Notes under the pieces: model-generated
What the model was told of the DNA's origin: nothing
Database searches by the model: none
Seen by the model: only the letters and a program-made list of their open reading frames with translations
Translations under genes and position numbers: made by a program
From: a virus
Lineage: Duplodnaviria; Caudoviricetes
Length of the DNA stretch: 56,239 nt
Virus record (IMG/VR): IMGVR_UViG_3300049927_000161
Coordinates: 1 to 56,239 of that record
Strand: one strand, 5' to 3'
Shown here: positions 1 to 10,619 of the stretch, piece by piece
Layout of the letters: each line of letters starts with the position of its first letter
How positions within the stretch are numbered: the stretch's first letter is position 1

Positions 1-15
1 ATTCTCTTTGGGACT
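1..15. repeat. Terminal direct repeat, left copy (ATTCTCTTTGGGACT)
   Basis: Identical to 56225-56239. Confidence 0.9.
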
Positions 16-120
16 CGCCCTCTCCGTAAACATTTTTATTTTTTTCTATTCTGCACTATTTATGAACAATTAAACCATATATGGTATATACAGACTAAAA
101 ATAAATCAGCCTAGCAATTC

Positions 121-774
121 CTATTTTTTGAAGTATTTATTCGCGTTTCTAACAAAAACGCGTTGAGCAAACTTTTCAGTTTTTTGGACTGCAGGAGTAA
201 GCCATGGTTTCTTTTTAATTTCCACATGCTTCCTGGACAGATCATGAATTTTAAATAATTTTAATTTTTTTCTCGGACCTTCTAATCTAAAAATGCCCGG
301 ACGTCCGTTGATATTCAAAACCATCGGTTTAATTTTTCCAGATTTCTTCGCAGCGATTTTAATCGCTATCATTGCATTCTTTTTCCCAGCCGCTATGTGG
401 GGTAAGGTTCCAAGCTTACTTAAGCGTAGCGGAACGATTATCCGCTTCTCCTTCAATTTTTGGACACGAGCAGCGTTCGTTGGGATGCTAGAAATCTTTT
501 CTGTGTCGCCGAGTTCTTGAATTCTCATGTAGTCTTGTACACTTCCCATTTCTGCATAACTTCCTTTAGCGTCCGTCGCTTTGTTGACCCGGACGCTCCC
601 CGTTGTAAAGTTGTTACGAATTATAAATTCTTTAGAAATATTTTTCTGTGCAGTACTACGAGAAATAAAAGCGAGATCGTTAAGCGTATCTCTCTTTAAT
701 TCCGGATAACGTGCTTCCAGTTTTTTTAATTTATTTTTAAAACTCTCAAGACCTGTGAATTTTACGTTTGCCAT
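121..774 (-). CDS. Putative virion morphogenesis/tail-completion protein (HK97 gp10 / lambda gpZ-like)
   Basis: Basic 217-aa ORF; N-term VKFTGLESFKNKLKKL and C-term KKPWLTPAV resemble the gp10-like pattern; ATG at 774 follows a GGGGA SD. Confidence 0.5.
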   Translation of the reverse strand: MANVKFTGLESFKNKLKKLEARYPELKRDTLNDLAFISRSTAQKNISKEFIIRNNFTTGSVRVNKATDAKGSYAEMGSVQDYMRIQELGDTEKISSIPTNAARVQKLKEKRIIVPLRLSKLGTLPHIAAGKKNAMIAIKIAAKKSGKIKPMVLNINGRPGIFRLEGPRKKLKLFKIHDLSRKHVEIKKKPWLTPAVQKTEKFAQRVFVRNANKYFKK

Positions 775-826
775 GAGCAACTTTCCCCATTAGGATTAAA
801 AAATATTTTTAATAAAAGTTTGAATT

Positions 827-1345
827 ATGAGTTTATCAGCAGAAGACGCACGCGAACAACACAGAGTTTTTGACAAATTAAAATCGGGAAAGCCAAATCC
901 TCTAGAAAGAGATGTCTATCCAGAAGAGATTGATCTTGGCACAGACGTTTTGTCAGTAAAAGAATTTGAAGCGTTAACGATAAAAGACATCTGTGTTCGC
1001 TACAACAACATCCCAGCGTTCCTCGCAATCATCAAAAGTCAAAAAATCGTAACCGAGAATGAAATCAAAATGAATGCGCTAAAAGAATCTCGTGGAGAAC
1101 TGATAAGCCGTGATCTTTTGAAAATGGTCTTTGGTTTAATCGACCTAATGAACAAAAGATTGTTGGAGTGTCCACTGAGCTTTGTGAGCCACATAGCCGA
1201 TTTACTCAAAGCAGATCAAGTGTCCGCGGTAAAAGAATCCGAACAAATCATAACGAAGTTAATTTCAAAAATAATTTCAGGTTCAAAGAATGAAATTATG
1301 AAACAGTTAAAAGAGCCACAGAATGATAAAACCCTGGGCGAATAA
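827..1345 (+). CDS. Putative terminase small subunit
   Basis: Overlaps the start of TerL; helical C-terminal half with RGELISR motif typical of Nu1-like TerS. Confidence 0.65.
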   Translation: MSLSAEDAREQHRVFDKLKSGKPNPLERDVYPEEIDLGTDVLSVKEFEALTIKDICVRYNNIPAFLAIIKSQKIVTENEIKMNALKESRGELISRDLLKMVFGLIDLMNKRLLECPLSFVSHIADLLKADQVSAVKESEQIITKLISKIISGSKNEIMKQLKEPQNDKTLGE

Positions 1346-3191
1346 TAACGATAATGAATTTTTACACAATTGCATAGCGTCATTAACCGACGAAAAACTT
1401 TTATTAAAAGTCAGCGAATGGGCTGAAAGAACGCGCTACATGCCGCCCGAATTAACAGCAATGCCCGGTCCTTGGGAAAACTTCCGCTTTCCATACAACG
1501 TCGAAATTATGGATTGCTTCTCTGATATCAGTCCAATACGTGAAGTAGCCTTCATGAAAGGCGCACAAATCGGCGCAACAACAGGAATTTTAGAAAACAT
1601 AATAGGCTATGTGATAGACCATTCTCCCGCCCCCATGATGTTTGTAAGCGCGGACAAGACGTTGGTTGAACAAGCCGTGGAAGTGCGTGTTAACCGCATG
1701 TTGGAATCTTCTAACCTTTCACACAAGATTCAAAGTCAAAGTAGTTCCGGTAGCGCAACCGGTAACACAAAAAGCAAAAAAGAATTCCCTGGCGGATTTT
1801 TATTGGCCGTGGGCGCGATTAATCCTACAAAATTACGTTCGTTCACAATTAAGATTTTGTTAATGGACGAAGTCGATGGCTACAAATTGGAAGCCGGCGA
1901 AGAAGGCGATCCGATATCGTTAGCCAAAAAGCGAACTAACACGTTTGAGCAATCACGCAAAATTCTTTACATAAGCACGCCTCACTTAAAAGGCGTTAGC
2001 AAAATTGAGGCCTTGTACCTACGCGGTGATCAACGCAAATATTTTGTTCCGTGCAAACACTGTGGAGAGATGCAGACATTAGAATTCAATTCTGCTAAAG
2101 GTGGAAAATTAATTTATGACCTGGACAATTTTGGAAATTTAATCGAAGACAGCGTCCACTACGTTTGCCCACACTGTGGCGGTTTGTGGAAAAATTCTGA
2201 TAAAGCGTGGTTTTTGCAGCGCGGCGAGTGGCGCGCAACCGCAACATCTTCCGATCCTACCTTCAGGAGCTATCATTTAAGCGGCCTGTACAGTCCGCCA
2301 AGCACGTATTCCTGGTCAAGTGTGGTTAGGGACTTCCTAGAGGCCATTAAGTCCAATGACAGGATGAAAACTTTTGTGAATACTGTTTTGGGAGAATCTT
2401 ACGAGGAAACTGGAGAAAGTATTCTCTACACAACAATTTTCAAAAATAAAATTGATTATCTGGCTGGCACAATTCCCGACCCCGTTAAATTCTTAACAAT
2501 AGGGGCAGACTTGCACAAAGACCGGATAGACTTGGAAGTAGTGGGCTGGGCAGATAACTACGTAAGCTATTCCATTGACTGGAGATCGTTCAGAGGAGAT
2601 GCGTTGCGTCCAGACAGTCAAGTGTGGCTAGATTTTGATAATTATGTGGCAGAGTTGAATCAAATAAAAAAAGTAAGAGCCGTCATGATTGATAGCGGTT
2701 ATTCAGCAAACACGGTTTATTCATTTTGCGTGGGCTACAAATCTGGAATGTACCCGATCAAGGGTACGGCTCCACCTAAAAATGGCATTGTTAAATCTCC
2801 TTATTACAAGCGAGACATTGATAATTATGGCGGCTTAGTGGGAGTTAATGCGATTGTAGACATTTATAAAGACCGTTTGCATGGGTTTTTGCATCTAGAA
2901 ATTAAAGACAAAGTCGTTCCGCACGGCTATTGTTTTTATCCGCAAGACTATCCAGACGAGTTTTTTAAGCAATATTCTTCAGAAAAAAAATTCATGAAAT
3001 TGAATTCAAAGGGACAAGTTATTGGTTACGAATGGGCAAAGGCCACGCAACACGTTGACAATCACGCGTTAGACTGTAGAGTCTACAATTACGTTGCGTT
3101 GGATTTCTTAATAGACGCCATGAGAGAAAAATATAACAATCCTGAGTTGACTGTGGAACAATTCTTTACTTTAATTGAAAATGAACATTAA
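1323..3191 (+). CDS. Terminase large subunit, lambda GpA family
   Basis: KGAQIGAT Walker A variant, LLMDEVD Walker B, ISTP, CxxC zinc motifs, GADLHKDR nuclease, NHALDCRVY. Confidence 0.95.
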   Translation: MIKPWANNNDNEFLHNCIASLTDEKLLLKVSEWAERTRYMPPELTAMPGPWENFRFPYNVEIMDCFSDISPIREVAFMKGAQIGATTGILENIIGYVIDHSPAPMMFVSADKTLVEQAVEVRVNRMLESSNLSHKIQSQSSSGSATGNTKSKKEFPGGFLLAVGAINPTKLRSFTIKILLMDEVDGYKLEAGEEGDPISLAKKRTNTFEQSRKILYISTPHLKGVSKIEALYLRGDQRKYFVPCKHCGEMQTLEFNSAKGGKLIYDLDNFGNLIEDSVHYVCPHCGGLWKNSDKAWFLQRGEWRATATSSDPTFRSYHLSGLYSPPSTYSWSSVVRDFLEAIKSNDRMKTFVNTVLGESYEETGESILYTTIFKNKIDYLAGTIPDPVKFLTIGADLHKDRIDLEVVGWADNYVSYSIDWRSFRGDALRPDSQVWLDFDNYVAELNQIKKVRAVMIDSGYSANTVYSFCVGYKSGMYPIKGTAPPKNGIVKSPYYKRDIDNYGGLVGVNAIVDIYKDRLHGFLHLEIKDKVVPHGYCFYPQDYPDEFFKQYSSEKKFMKLNSKGQVIGYEWAKATQHVDNHALDCRVYNYVALDFLIDAMREKYNNPELTVEQFFTLIENEH

Positions 3192-3211
3192 CCTTTTTCT
3201 ACGGTGCCATA

Positions 3212-3496
3212 ATGAGAAGTGTAGCAGAGATTCAAACGCAATTAGATCAAGTAACCGCCGCAATTACGAATTCGTTAATTGCTAAAGAGTACATGATCAA
3301 TACTTCTAACATTCAAAACACGGTTAAACGTCAGCCGATTGAGATGCTGCAGAAGCTGCAAGAATCTCTCGTTAGTGAATTAAGCGTGGCAACGCTCAAA
3401 CAGAATGGAAATCAAGTGACCGTGGGCGTTCCAATTAAACCAATTAATTTTTATTTTAATCCACTCGTAGATTGTGCAATAGTTGAAAGCTTATGA
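3212..3496 (+). CDS. Putative gpW-like head-tail joining protein
   Basis: Position between TerL and portal; helix-hairpin-helix pattern like lambda gpW. Confidence 0.55.
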   Translation: MRSVAEIQTQLDQVTAAITNSLIAKEYMINTSNIQNTVKRQPIEMLQKLQESLVSELSVATLKQNGNQVTVGVPIKPINFYFNPLVDCAIVESL

Positions 3497-5100
3497 TATT
3501 ATCCAATTTTTTAAATAAAAAAAATATTCCTGCTCAGCAAGAACTCATTCCTGAAGAGAAAAAGGAACTATTGCACATAGAAGACGTTCCAATAACCGCA
3601 ATATTTGAATTTGTTTCCAACGCGGTAAAAGCCACCAAAAACAATGTCAGTGGTATTGAATTCACCAATATTAGCGGCGTTCCTTATTACCTGTTGCGTG
3701 AAAAAATGCGCCGCATGTACCAGACCAATCTTTTTGTCACCATGTTGATTGATGGCATGGTCACAAACATTATCAACAAAGGTCTGCAAGTTGAATGTTC
3801 GCCAGATCAGAATGTCTTGAAATTAAAAAAGGCTGAGAATTACTTCAATGAGTGGAAATTAAAAACAGAATCTTATTATGAATTGTGGTCGGGTAGTCAA
3901 ATGCCAGACCAACAAGGCATAAAAGCCTTGGGCGAATTAGAACAAACTATTTTTAGAGAAGCATTAATAGAAGGCGACGTTCTTTATATCAATAGAGCGG
4001 ACAAAAAAACTGGGCTTCCAAAAATCGATATTATCAATGCCAGACGTGTAGGATCCATATTGACGGTGGCTCCTTTAAGTAACAATAAAATTATTGACGG
4101 CGTAGAGATTAATTCCTACGGCGAACAAGTGGCTTACTGGGTACAACAGGACGATGATTTTTATGCGCTTACAGAACCAGTAAGAATTGCTCGTTTTGGA
4201 GAAAAAACTGGCCGCCAAATGGCAGGATTAATTTACTGGGAACCGTTAGCCGCTGGAAAAGTGCGTGGTACGCCGTTTATTGCCTCGATTGTTAAAGAAA
4301 TAGAATACGTTTGTCAGTACACAGATTTTGAGTTGATCGCCGCAAAAATCAATGCCTCACTCGCAATGATGGTGGAAAAAACGCAAAATATTGCAGGTAG
4401 TCAGCCACTGGAAGGCGTTCAAAAACGCATAACAGTACCGACTTCTTCTGTTGCTAGGCCGCCCATCAGCATGATGCCTGGCGGAATGATTATTCATGAA
4501 TTAAATTATGGTGAAAAACCAACAAGCTTTAAAACCGACAGACCTAATGTCAATTTTAAAACCTTTGTGGAATGTATGATAAATTTCTTGTGTGCTGCAA
4601 AGGGTATTCCCCCAGAAATTGTTTTACTTAAATTCGATCAAAATTACAGTGCGAGTCGCCAAGCTACGATTGAGCATGGAATATTTATTGAAAAATATCG
4701 ATCGAGTTTTTCAAACCAATTCAGTTCTAGAATTTTCAAAGAATGGTTTACCGTCAGCGTGTTAATGCACGTGATAGAAGCCGATGGCTATGTGGAAGCC
4801 ATGCGCAAAGAAGATTTTTATACGTTGCTTGCATGGCAAAAAGCGAATTATTTGGGCGTGATCAAACCGCATGTAGATCAATTAAGTGAAGCCAAAGCCG
4901 TCACGGAAAATATTAAGAATGGTTTAACAACCCGTGAAAGAGCCGCCGCCAAATTTAATGGCAGTGACTACAATCAAAACGTGGCAATTCTAAAAAATGA
5001 GAATAAACTGCTAGCAGATGCCAATGAGGACTTGATCGCGGCAGAAAATCCAGTTGCTCCAACGGAATCATCAAACTCAAACAAAGACGAAGGTAAATAA
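3493..5100 (+). CDS. Portal protein, lambda family
   Basis: DGVEINSYGEQVAYW, VRGTP, NYSASR, HVDQLSEA, GLTTRE motifs; synteny. Confidence 0.93.
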   Translation: MILSNFLNKKNIPAQQELIPEEKKELLHIEDVPITAIFEFVSNAVKATKNNVSGIEFTNISGVPYYLLREKMRRMYQTNLFVTMLIDGMVTNIINKGLQVECSPDQNVLKLKKAENYFNEWKLKTESYYELWSGSQMPDQQGIKALGELEQTIFREALIEGDVLYINRADKKTGLPKIDIINARRVGSILTVAPLSNNKIIDGVEINSYGEQVAYWVQQDDDFYALTEPVRIARFGEKTGRQMAGLIYWEPLAAGKVRGTPFIASIVKEIEYVCQYTDFELIAAKINASLAMMVEKTQNIAGSQPLEGVQKRITVPTSSVARPPISMMPGGMIIHELNYGEKPTSFKTDRPNVNFKTFVECMINFLCAAKGIPPEIVLLKFDQNYSASRQATIEHGIFIEKYRSSFSNQFSSRIFKEWFTVSVLMHVIEADGYVEAMRKEDFYTLLAWQKANYLGVIKPHVDQLSEAKAVTENIKNGLTTRERAAAKFNGSDYNQNVAILKNENKLLADANEDLIAAENPVAPTESSNSNKDEGK

Positions 5101-5101
5101 T

Positions 5102-6283
5102 ATGCTGTGGCTTTTAAAAAGTGACTTCGCAGAACAGTTTTTGCCAAAATTTTATGAAAATAAAGAACAAGCAAAAGCGTATTCAGATTCTTACAATGCA
5201 GCAACCAACATAAAAATGGGCGACAGTAGTGTTTCAGTTATTGATATTAACGGCGTGTTACAACCGAGTGGTGTTTCATATTATGGAACAACTTATCAAG
5301 AAATTATTGAAAAAGTTGCAATTGCAGAGAGTTCTCCGTCGATTCAAACGATTTTACTAGCAATTAATTCGCCTGGTGGTTCTGTAGACGGCATTATTCC
5401 TGCTATGGATGCCATTAAAAATGCAAAAAAACCGATTTATTCTGTCGTAATTGACCGCGCTACGAGCGCAGCGTACATGTTGGCGAGCCAATCTAAGAAG
5501 ATTTATTCCCTTACAAACCTGTCAGAAGTCGGCAGTGTGGGAGTTGTTGTTGAATTTTTCTCTGCAAAAGACATGCTAGAGAGAGAAGGAATAAAATTTT
5601 ATTCGTTTACTAACACACTTTCTCCTAACAAGAGAATGGATTTGACAACGGAAGCGGGAAAAGAATCGTTAGTTTCTCACCTTGATGAGATTTATTTGGA
5701 ATTAGAATCAAAAATTTCTGCTGGTAGGAATGTTAGTGCGGAATTTATAAGAAAAAATTATGGAAAAGGAAAAGTTATGTTGTCTAAAGAGGCAATATTA
5801 AATAACATGGTGGATGGAATTTTTGATATTAAAAATTTTTCATCATCTAAAAAATTAACGGAGAATTTCAGAATGAGTGAAGCGACAAACAAATTAAGTT
5901 CGGTTTTGGAATTGCGTGCGGCTCATCCTGAGCTAGTAGCAAAGTTAGAAAGTGAGAGTTATGAAAACGGCGTTAAGGCTGAGAAAAGACGCGTAAGCGG
6001 CTGGGTCAAGTTTATTTCTGTTGACGCCAAAGAAGTTCAAGACGGCATTTTAAGCGGAGAAGCTATTGACGCTTCCAGTGCTGCTATTTTAGCTTCCAAA
6101 ATGAATCAAGTTTCTGCTGTAGAAGCTCGTAAGGCTGAGAATGTACAAGCCGTTGCGCATGTATCAAAGCAAGACGAAAAAAACGTTGATGCTAAAAAAG
6201 AAGAAGGCGAAGTCGATCAAAAATTATTAGACGAAATCGTTGCAAAAGCAACGGCTCGCGCTAAATCTTGGGAGGTTAAATAA
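5102..6283 (+). CDS. S49 family head maturation protease with C-terminal scaffold region
   Basis: INSPGG, ATSAAYMLAS, VGSVGVV motifs; ATG at 5102 just after the portal stop; Ala/Lys/Glu-rich C-terminus. Confidence 0.9.
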   Translation: MLWLLKSDFAEQFLPKFYENKEQAKAYSDSYNAATNIKMGDSSVSVIDINGVLQPSGVSYYGTTYQEIIEKVAIAESSPSIQTILLAINSPGGSVDGIIPAMDAIKNAKKPIYSVVIDRATSAAYMLASQSKKIYSLTNLSEVGSVGVVVEFFSAKDMLEREGIKFYSFTNTLSPNKRMDLTTEAGKESLVSHLDEIYLELESKISAGRNVSAEFIRKNYGKGKVMLSKEAILNNMVDGIFDIKNFSSSKKLTENFRMSEATNKLSSVLELRAAHPELVAKLESESYENGVKAEKRRVSGWVKFISVDAKEVQDGILSGEAIDASSAAILASKMNQVSAVEARKAENVQAVAHVSKQDEKNVDAKKEEGEVDQKLLDEIVAKATARAKSWEVK

Positions 6284-6711
6284 TGTCAGTACCAGTTTTA
6301 ACAACGAATCCAGAAATTACTAATATTAATAGTGCGGTTGTTGAGCTTGGCAATAACGAATATCGCCAAGTGACAATTGCTTCCGGCCAAGACTTATTAG
6401 CAGGAACAGTTTTAGGGAAAATTACTTCTTCAGGAAAATATGTTGCTGTGGATAGTACTGCAACAGACGGTTCACAATTAGCCAGAATGATTTTAAGTGC
6501 TGATTGCGACGCTACTGATGCTGACACTTTTGCAATGGCAATTATCACTGGCGATGTTGACGCTGGATTATTACTTTTTCAAAATGCTGATTCGTTGGAT
6601 ACCGTTCCAGCAAGTCCATCGGGTCAACCGGATTCGTATCTAGACCAATTGCGCGATTACACTATTTTCGCAATTACGACCGATCAACTTTATATTGAAG
6701 ACAACCAGTAG
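6283..6711 (+). CDS. Head decoration protein (lambda gpD-like)
   Basis: LLAGTVLGKIT...DGSQ motif; lies before the capsid gene. Confidence 0.85.
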   Translation: MSVPVLTTNPEITNINSAVVELGNNEYRQVTIASGQDLLAGTVLGKITSSGKYVAVDSTATDGSQLARMILSADCDATDADTFAMAIITGDVDAGLLLFQNADSLDTVPASPSGQPDSYLDQLRDYTIFAITTDQLYIEDNQ

Positions 6712-6723
6712 AGGGTAATAAAA

Positions 6724-7818
6724 ATGCTTAATCCAGGAACTCTTACAAAGACTTTTGAGCGTACTTTTGAAAATATGTTCGCTCCTACCAATTTTTTTAG
6801 TGGTATGGCTGTCGACAATGCTCCAACTAACGCGTTATTAATTACAATGGACATCGTCCGCGGTCGTGAAAGAATTGCGGTTGATGTTAAATATGGAACT
6901 GGAGCGAATAAAGTTTATCGTCCACAACCCTATACTAATAAAACTTTCCAGCCGCCAGAATATAACGAGAAAGCCACTTTGACCGCAGACGAATTATTTA
7001 CTCGTTTGACTGGCAAAACAGAATATACCGAGGTTGACTGGGCAATTGAATCAACAGCTATTTTGGCATCAAGCGCAAATGAACTGAAAAAAGACATTCT
7101 TCGCGCGATAGAATGGCAAGGCGTTAATGCGTTTATTACTGGAACCATTCCTTTAATTAACAATGCTACGATTGATTTCCATCGCAAAACAAGCCATGCA
7201 GCAACTGCTGCTACTTCCTGGTCTACTTCTAGTGCTGCTGCAATGTTAGACATTGAATTGTTAGGAGACGTTATTCGCGCAGACTCTGGAAGAGTTCCAG
7301 ATACGTTGATTTTTGGACAAGGCTCTCTTGATGCGTTTTTAGCAAATGACGAAGTACAAAAACGTGCTAATTTTAGACGTGTTGATTATGTTGCTATCAA
7401 GCCGCCGTCTATGAATTCTGCTGGTGCCACTTTCCACGGCGTTTGCACGATCGGTTCATACAATTATGAAATCTGGACATATCCGCAAGTTTACGAAGTA
7501 CCAATGGGCTTTGGTCTTCCAAACGAAGGCGAAAAAGTTAAATACGTTCCTGATGACGTTGTTATCGTTACCTGTAAAGGTTTACGCGCCGACATCTGGT
7601 GGGGCGGCCTGCCACGTTTTGCGGACGGCAATATGGAAGGCGCACAAGCGATTAACTTTGGATCGATCAAGCCTACTGGCAAACCAGTGCGTTATGCTCC
7701 TTATGTTTATTGCAGTAAAGATGGTAAAAATTTAACTGTTGGCTTGCGCTCACGCCCAATGTTCTGCTTAACAGAAATTGATGCTGTGGCAGTCCTCAAC
7801 ACTGATTTGGGAGGCTAG
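6724..7818 (+). CDS. Major capsid protein (lambda gpE family)
   Basis: 364 aa; ILRAIEWQ..AF.TG, IDFHR, SRPM motifs; synteny. Confidence 0.9.
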   Translation: MLNPGTLTKTFERTFENMFAPTNFFSGMAVDNAPTNALLITMDIVRGRERIAVDVKYGTGANKVYRPQPYTNKTFQPPEYNEKATLTADELFTRLTGKTEYTEVDWAIESTAILASSANELKKDILRAIEWQGVNAFITGTIPLINNATIDFHRKTSHAATAATSWSTSSAAAMLDIELLGDVIRADSGRVPDTLIFGQGSLDAFLANDEVQKRANFRRVDYVAIKPPSMNSAGATFHGVCTIGSYNYEIWTYPQVYEVPMGFGLPNEGEKVKYVPDDVVIVTCKGLRADIWWGGLPRFADGNMEGAQAINFGSIKPTGKPVRYAPYVYCSKDGKNLTVGLRSRPMFCLTEIDAVAVLNTDLGG

Positions 7819-7826
7819 GAGTTTAT

Positions 7827-8123
7827 ATGGAAAAATATAAAATTGTAGGCAGGATCAGTATTCTAACTAATCGTGGAATAGCTAGACAAAATTCTCAATT
7901 CAATAAAGACGCTGTAGATAGTCCAGAAGCCTTAGACCGTTATTTAAAATCTGGAAAGATTGTAAAAATTGTTGAAAGCAAAAATACTGAAAAACAAGTT
8001 GTTAAAGAAACTTTGAAAACTGAAAAACAAGTTATTAAAGAAAATTTGAAAGAAGACAAAGTCGAGACTCCAAAATTGGAACCTCGTTCACAGCTTGGAT
8101 TGCAGAAACAAGACAATAAATAA
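7827..8123 (+). CDS. Hypothetical protein (position of FI-like packaging chaperone)
   Basis: SD GGAG; Lys/Glu-rich tail; follows the capsid gene. Confidence 0.5.
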   Translation: MEKYKIVGRISILTNRGIARQNSQFNKDAVDSPEALDRYLKSGKIVKIVESKNTEKQVVKETLKTEKQVIKENLKEDKVETPKLEPRSQLGLQKQDNK

Positions 8124-8464
8124 TGCCTGGTGAAATTCGCGCCTTAGCCTTGCAAGACTTGACCCAACTCTTACAGACAGAGTTGGGTCAAACTATGAAT
8201 ATCACCAATATGAGCGGTCTAACCGTTCAATTTATTGGTTTGACGAATGATACTTTTCAAGAAGTTGAAACAAACACGCAACGAGCAATGGGAAGAATTA
8301 CTCAAGTTGTTTTAAAGCAAAGTGATTGCATAGCAGCTTTTGGACAAATTCCAGTGCATGGATACAAAGTCGAATTTGTTGATCTTCCCGGACAGACATT
8401 TACTGTAAAATCTTATCGCAAAGACAACACGCTGGGCGTGGCAATTTTAGACGTAGGATTATAA
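8123..8464 (+). CDS. Putative head-tail connector (FII-like)
   Basis: Beta-rich 113 aa; coupled TAATG; synteny. Confidence 0.55.
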   Translation: MPGEIRALALQDLTQLLQTELGQTMNITNMSGLTVQFIGLTNDTFQEVETNTQRAMGRITQVVLKQSDCIAAFGQIPVHGYKVEFVDLPGQTFTVKSYRKDNTLGVAILDVGL

Positions 8465-9138
8465 TGGATCAGACTCTACCGTTACTACAACATTCCACTT
8501 TTGAAAATATTTTAGTTCAAATTAATGATATTTTAGTAGCAGAAGAAACCAATCAAGAAGCTCAAGCAGAATTACTCTCTTTAAATCCAGCCGATTTTTC
8601 TTGGCAAAATCGCATGGAAGACTTCCTCATAATTGAGACAGAAACTGAACTTGAAATACCGATCGTTAATGTTTGGTTCAATAATTCTTCTTTTGAGACA
8701 ATTAACAATGGAACAAACATTAATTGTGTTGGAACATATTATATTGACGTCTATTCAGAAGCTCTAACTCCTGAAGATTATTCTCAAATTGGTTTAACTG
8801 CATCCAGTTCTATCAATAATAGAGTGGTTAGACAAATAATTGGAATTTTAATGTCTCCAAAATATTACAAATTAGGTTTTCCGCTTGGGAAAGATGTAGA
8901 TGGGAATTTATATCCAAATTTTATTAAGAAAAGATATATTGAAGACATTACAAAATTTATTCCAGAAAATTCTCCATCAACCACTAACAATACAATTTCA
9001 ACGCGTGTAATATTCAAGGTTGAATTTGTCGAATTAATTAACGATTTAAACGGAGACGCATTGACGTCTGTTTTATCGAATTTGAATACAGAAACTAGCA
9101 GTGAAAACTTAGACGGTGTTTTAGTTAATACGGGGTAA
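8464..9138 (+). CDS. Putative neck/tail terminator protein
   Basis: Acidic ORF directly before the sheath gene; coupled TAATG. Confidence 0.55.
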   Translation: MDQTLPLLQHSTFENILVQINDILVAEETNQEAQAELLSLNPADFSWQNRMEDFLIIETETELEIPIVNVWFNNSSFETINNGTNINCVGTYYIDVYSEALTPEDYSQIGLTASSSINNRVVRQIIGILMSPKYYKLGFPLGKDVDGNLYPNFIKKRYIEDITKFIPENSPSTTNNTISTRVIFKVEFVELINDLNGDALTSVLSNLNTETSSENLDGVLVNTG

Positions 9139-9141
9139 ATC

Positions 9142-10617
9142 ATGGGAATATCACAAGCAATACCACAAGGCTCTATTGCGAGCGGCACAGGCATTAGTTT
9201 TAAGAACGCGCAATTGCGAGTTCAGTCTCCTTTATTGCCGCAACGTGTTGCAGTTCTTGCGAGCGCAAAAACTGGCGTTACCGGATTTACTGATAATGCA
9301 CGCGTTGAAATTTTAAGCATTAAAGACGCTGGTGACACATTCGGTTATGGTAGTCCAATTCACACTATTTGTAGAATTCTTTTTAATCCTCAGCAAAATG
9401 TTGGAACGATTCCTGTTGACGTTTATCCTGTTCCTGCAGGAGCGGATGCTGTTGCGGCAACTGGTTCCATTGCATTTTCTGGCACACAAACAGCTACACA
9501 GCAATATGTTCTTTGTATTGGTAGTGAAGTTTTCACTTTTACTTTGACAGAAGGCACGACTGCCTCAGCCGCAGCAACTCAAGTAAAAAATATGCTGGAC
9601 AGCAATGTTAATTTATTGGTTACGACTGATGACATTGACACTGGATCAATTCCCCTTACTGCTAATTGGGAAGGCTTAACTTCAAACGACATCGGCATTA
9701 GCTTATTTGGAGCCTCTGCAGGAATAACAATTACGATTACCGATATGTCGGGCGGAGACATTGATGCAAATTTAACTGGAGCGTTAGCAAATTTTGGCGA
9801 AGTTCATGAAACAATTGTTGTTAATCAATTTTATGATGCTAGCAATTTAACAAAGTTGATCAATACCAACGAGACATTATGGCAAGCCATTGTGGGTCAA
9901 CCGTTCTATGCGATCTATGGAAGTTTTGAAACCGATCCTACGACTGTCAGTTCTGAAACCGATACAGCAAAAAATGACAGAACCAATTGCAAGTTTCCGG
10001 TTCCTGGCTCTACTAGTGCGCCGTTTGAAATTGCGGCAAGTCTTGCGGCATTAACTGCAATCACTTCCAACAATGATCCTGCCAAACCTTATTACGGCGG
10101 CGTTGTCTATGGCATTGTTCCTGGCTTGGCTCAAGACCAATGGGAATATGCTGAAAGAGATTATATTGAAAAACGCGGTTGCAGTACGAGCTATCTAGAT
10201 AATGGCCAAGTAAAAGTAGGGGACGCATTAACAACGTACCATCCTGCAGGAGTTGACGCGCCTGGATATCGTTACGTTGTCGACATTGCAAAGTCTCAAT
10301 ACATTTTAAACGACTTGCGCACATTATTTGACGGTGACGAATGGAACCAAAAGATTTTAGTTGGTGACAATGATCAAGCGACCAATCCTAATGCACGCAA
10401 GCCCTCTGCAGCTAAAGCAGCAATTCTTGCGCGTGTAGATGATTGGGAAACTAAGGCAATTATTGTTGACGCGGATTATACTCGCAAAAATACACGCGTA
10501 GAAATCGATCCAAGCAATAACAATCGATTAAATTCTGTGATTCCTACTTTTTATAGCGGCGGTGCTAGAATCAAAAGTACCGACTTTTTATTCTCAACCC
10601 AAGTCGGAGGAAATTAA
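9142..10617 (+). CDS. Contractile tail sheath protein (Mu gpL-like)
   Basis: FGYGSP, NDPAKP, GCSTSY, TTYHP, NNRLN motifs; 491 aa. Confidence 0.9.
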   Translation: MGISQAIPQGSIASGTGISFKNAQLRVQSPLLPQRVAVLASAKTGVTGFTDNARVEILSIKDAGDTFGYGSPIHTICRILFNPQQNVGTIPVDVYPVPAGADAVAATGSIAFSGTQTATQQYVLCIGSEVFTFTLTEGTTASAAATQVKNMLDSNVNLLVTTDDIDTGSIPLTANWEGLTSNDIGISLFGASAGITITITDMSGGDIDANLTGALANFGEVHETIVVNQFYDASNLTKLINTNETLWQAIVGQPFYAIYGSFETDPTTVSSETDTAKNDRTNCKFPVPGSTSAPFEIAASLAALTAITSNNDPAKPYYGGVVYGIVPGLAQDQWEYAERDYIEKRGCSTSYLDNGQVKVGDALTTYHPAGVDAPGYRYVVDIAKSQYILNDLRTLFDGDEWNQKILVGDNDQATNPNARKPSAAKAAILARVDDWETKAIIVDADYTRKNTRVEIDPSNNNRLNSVIPTFYSGGARIKSTDFLFSTQVGGN

Positions 10618-10619
10618 TT

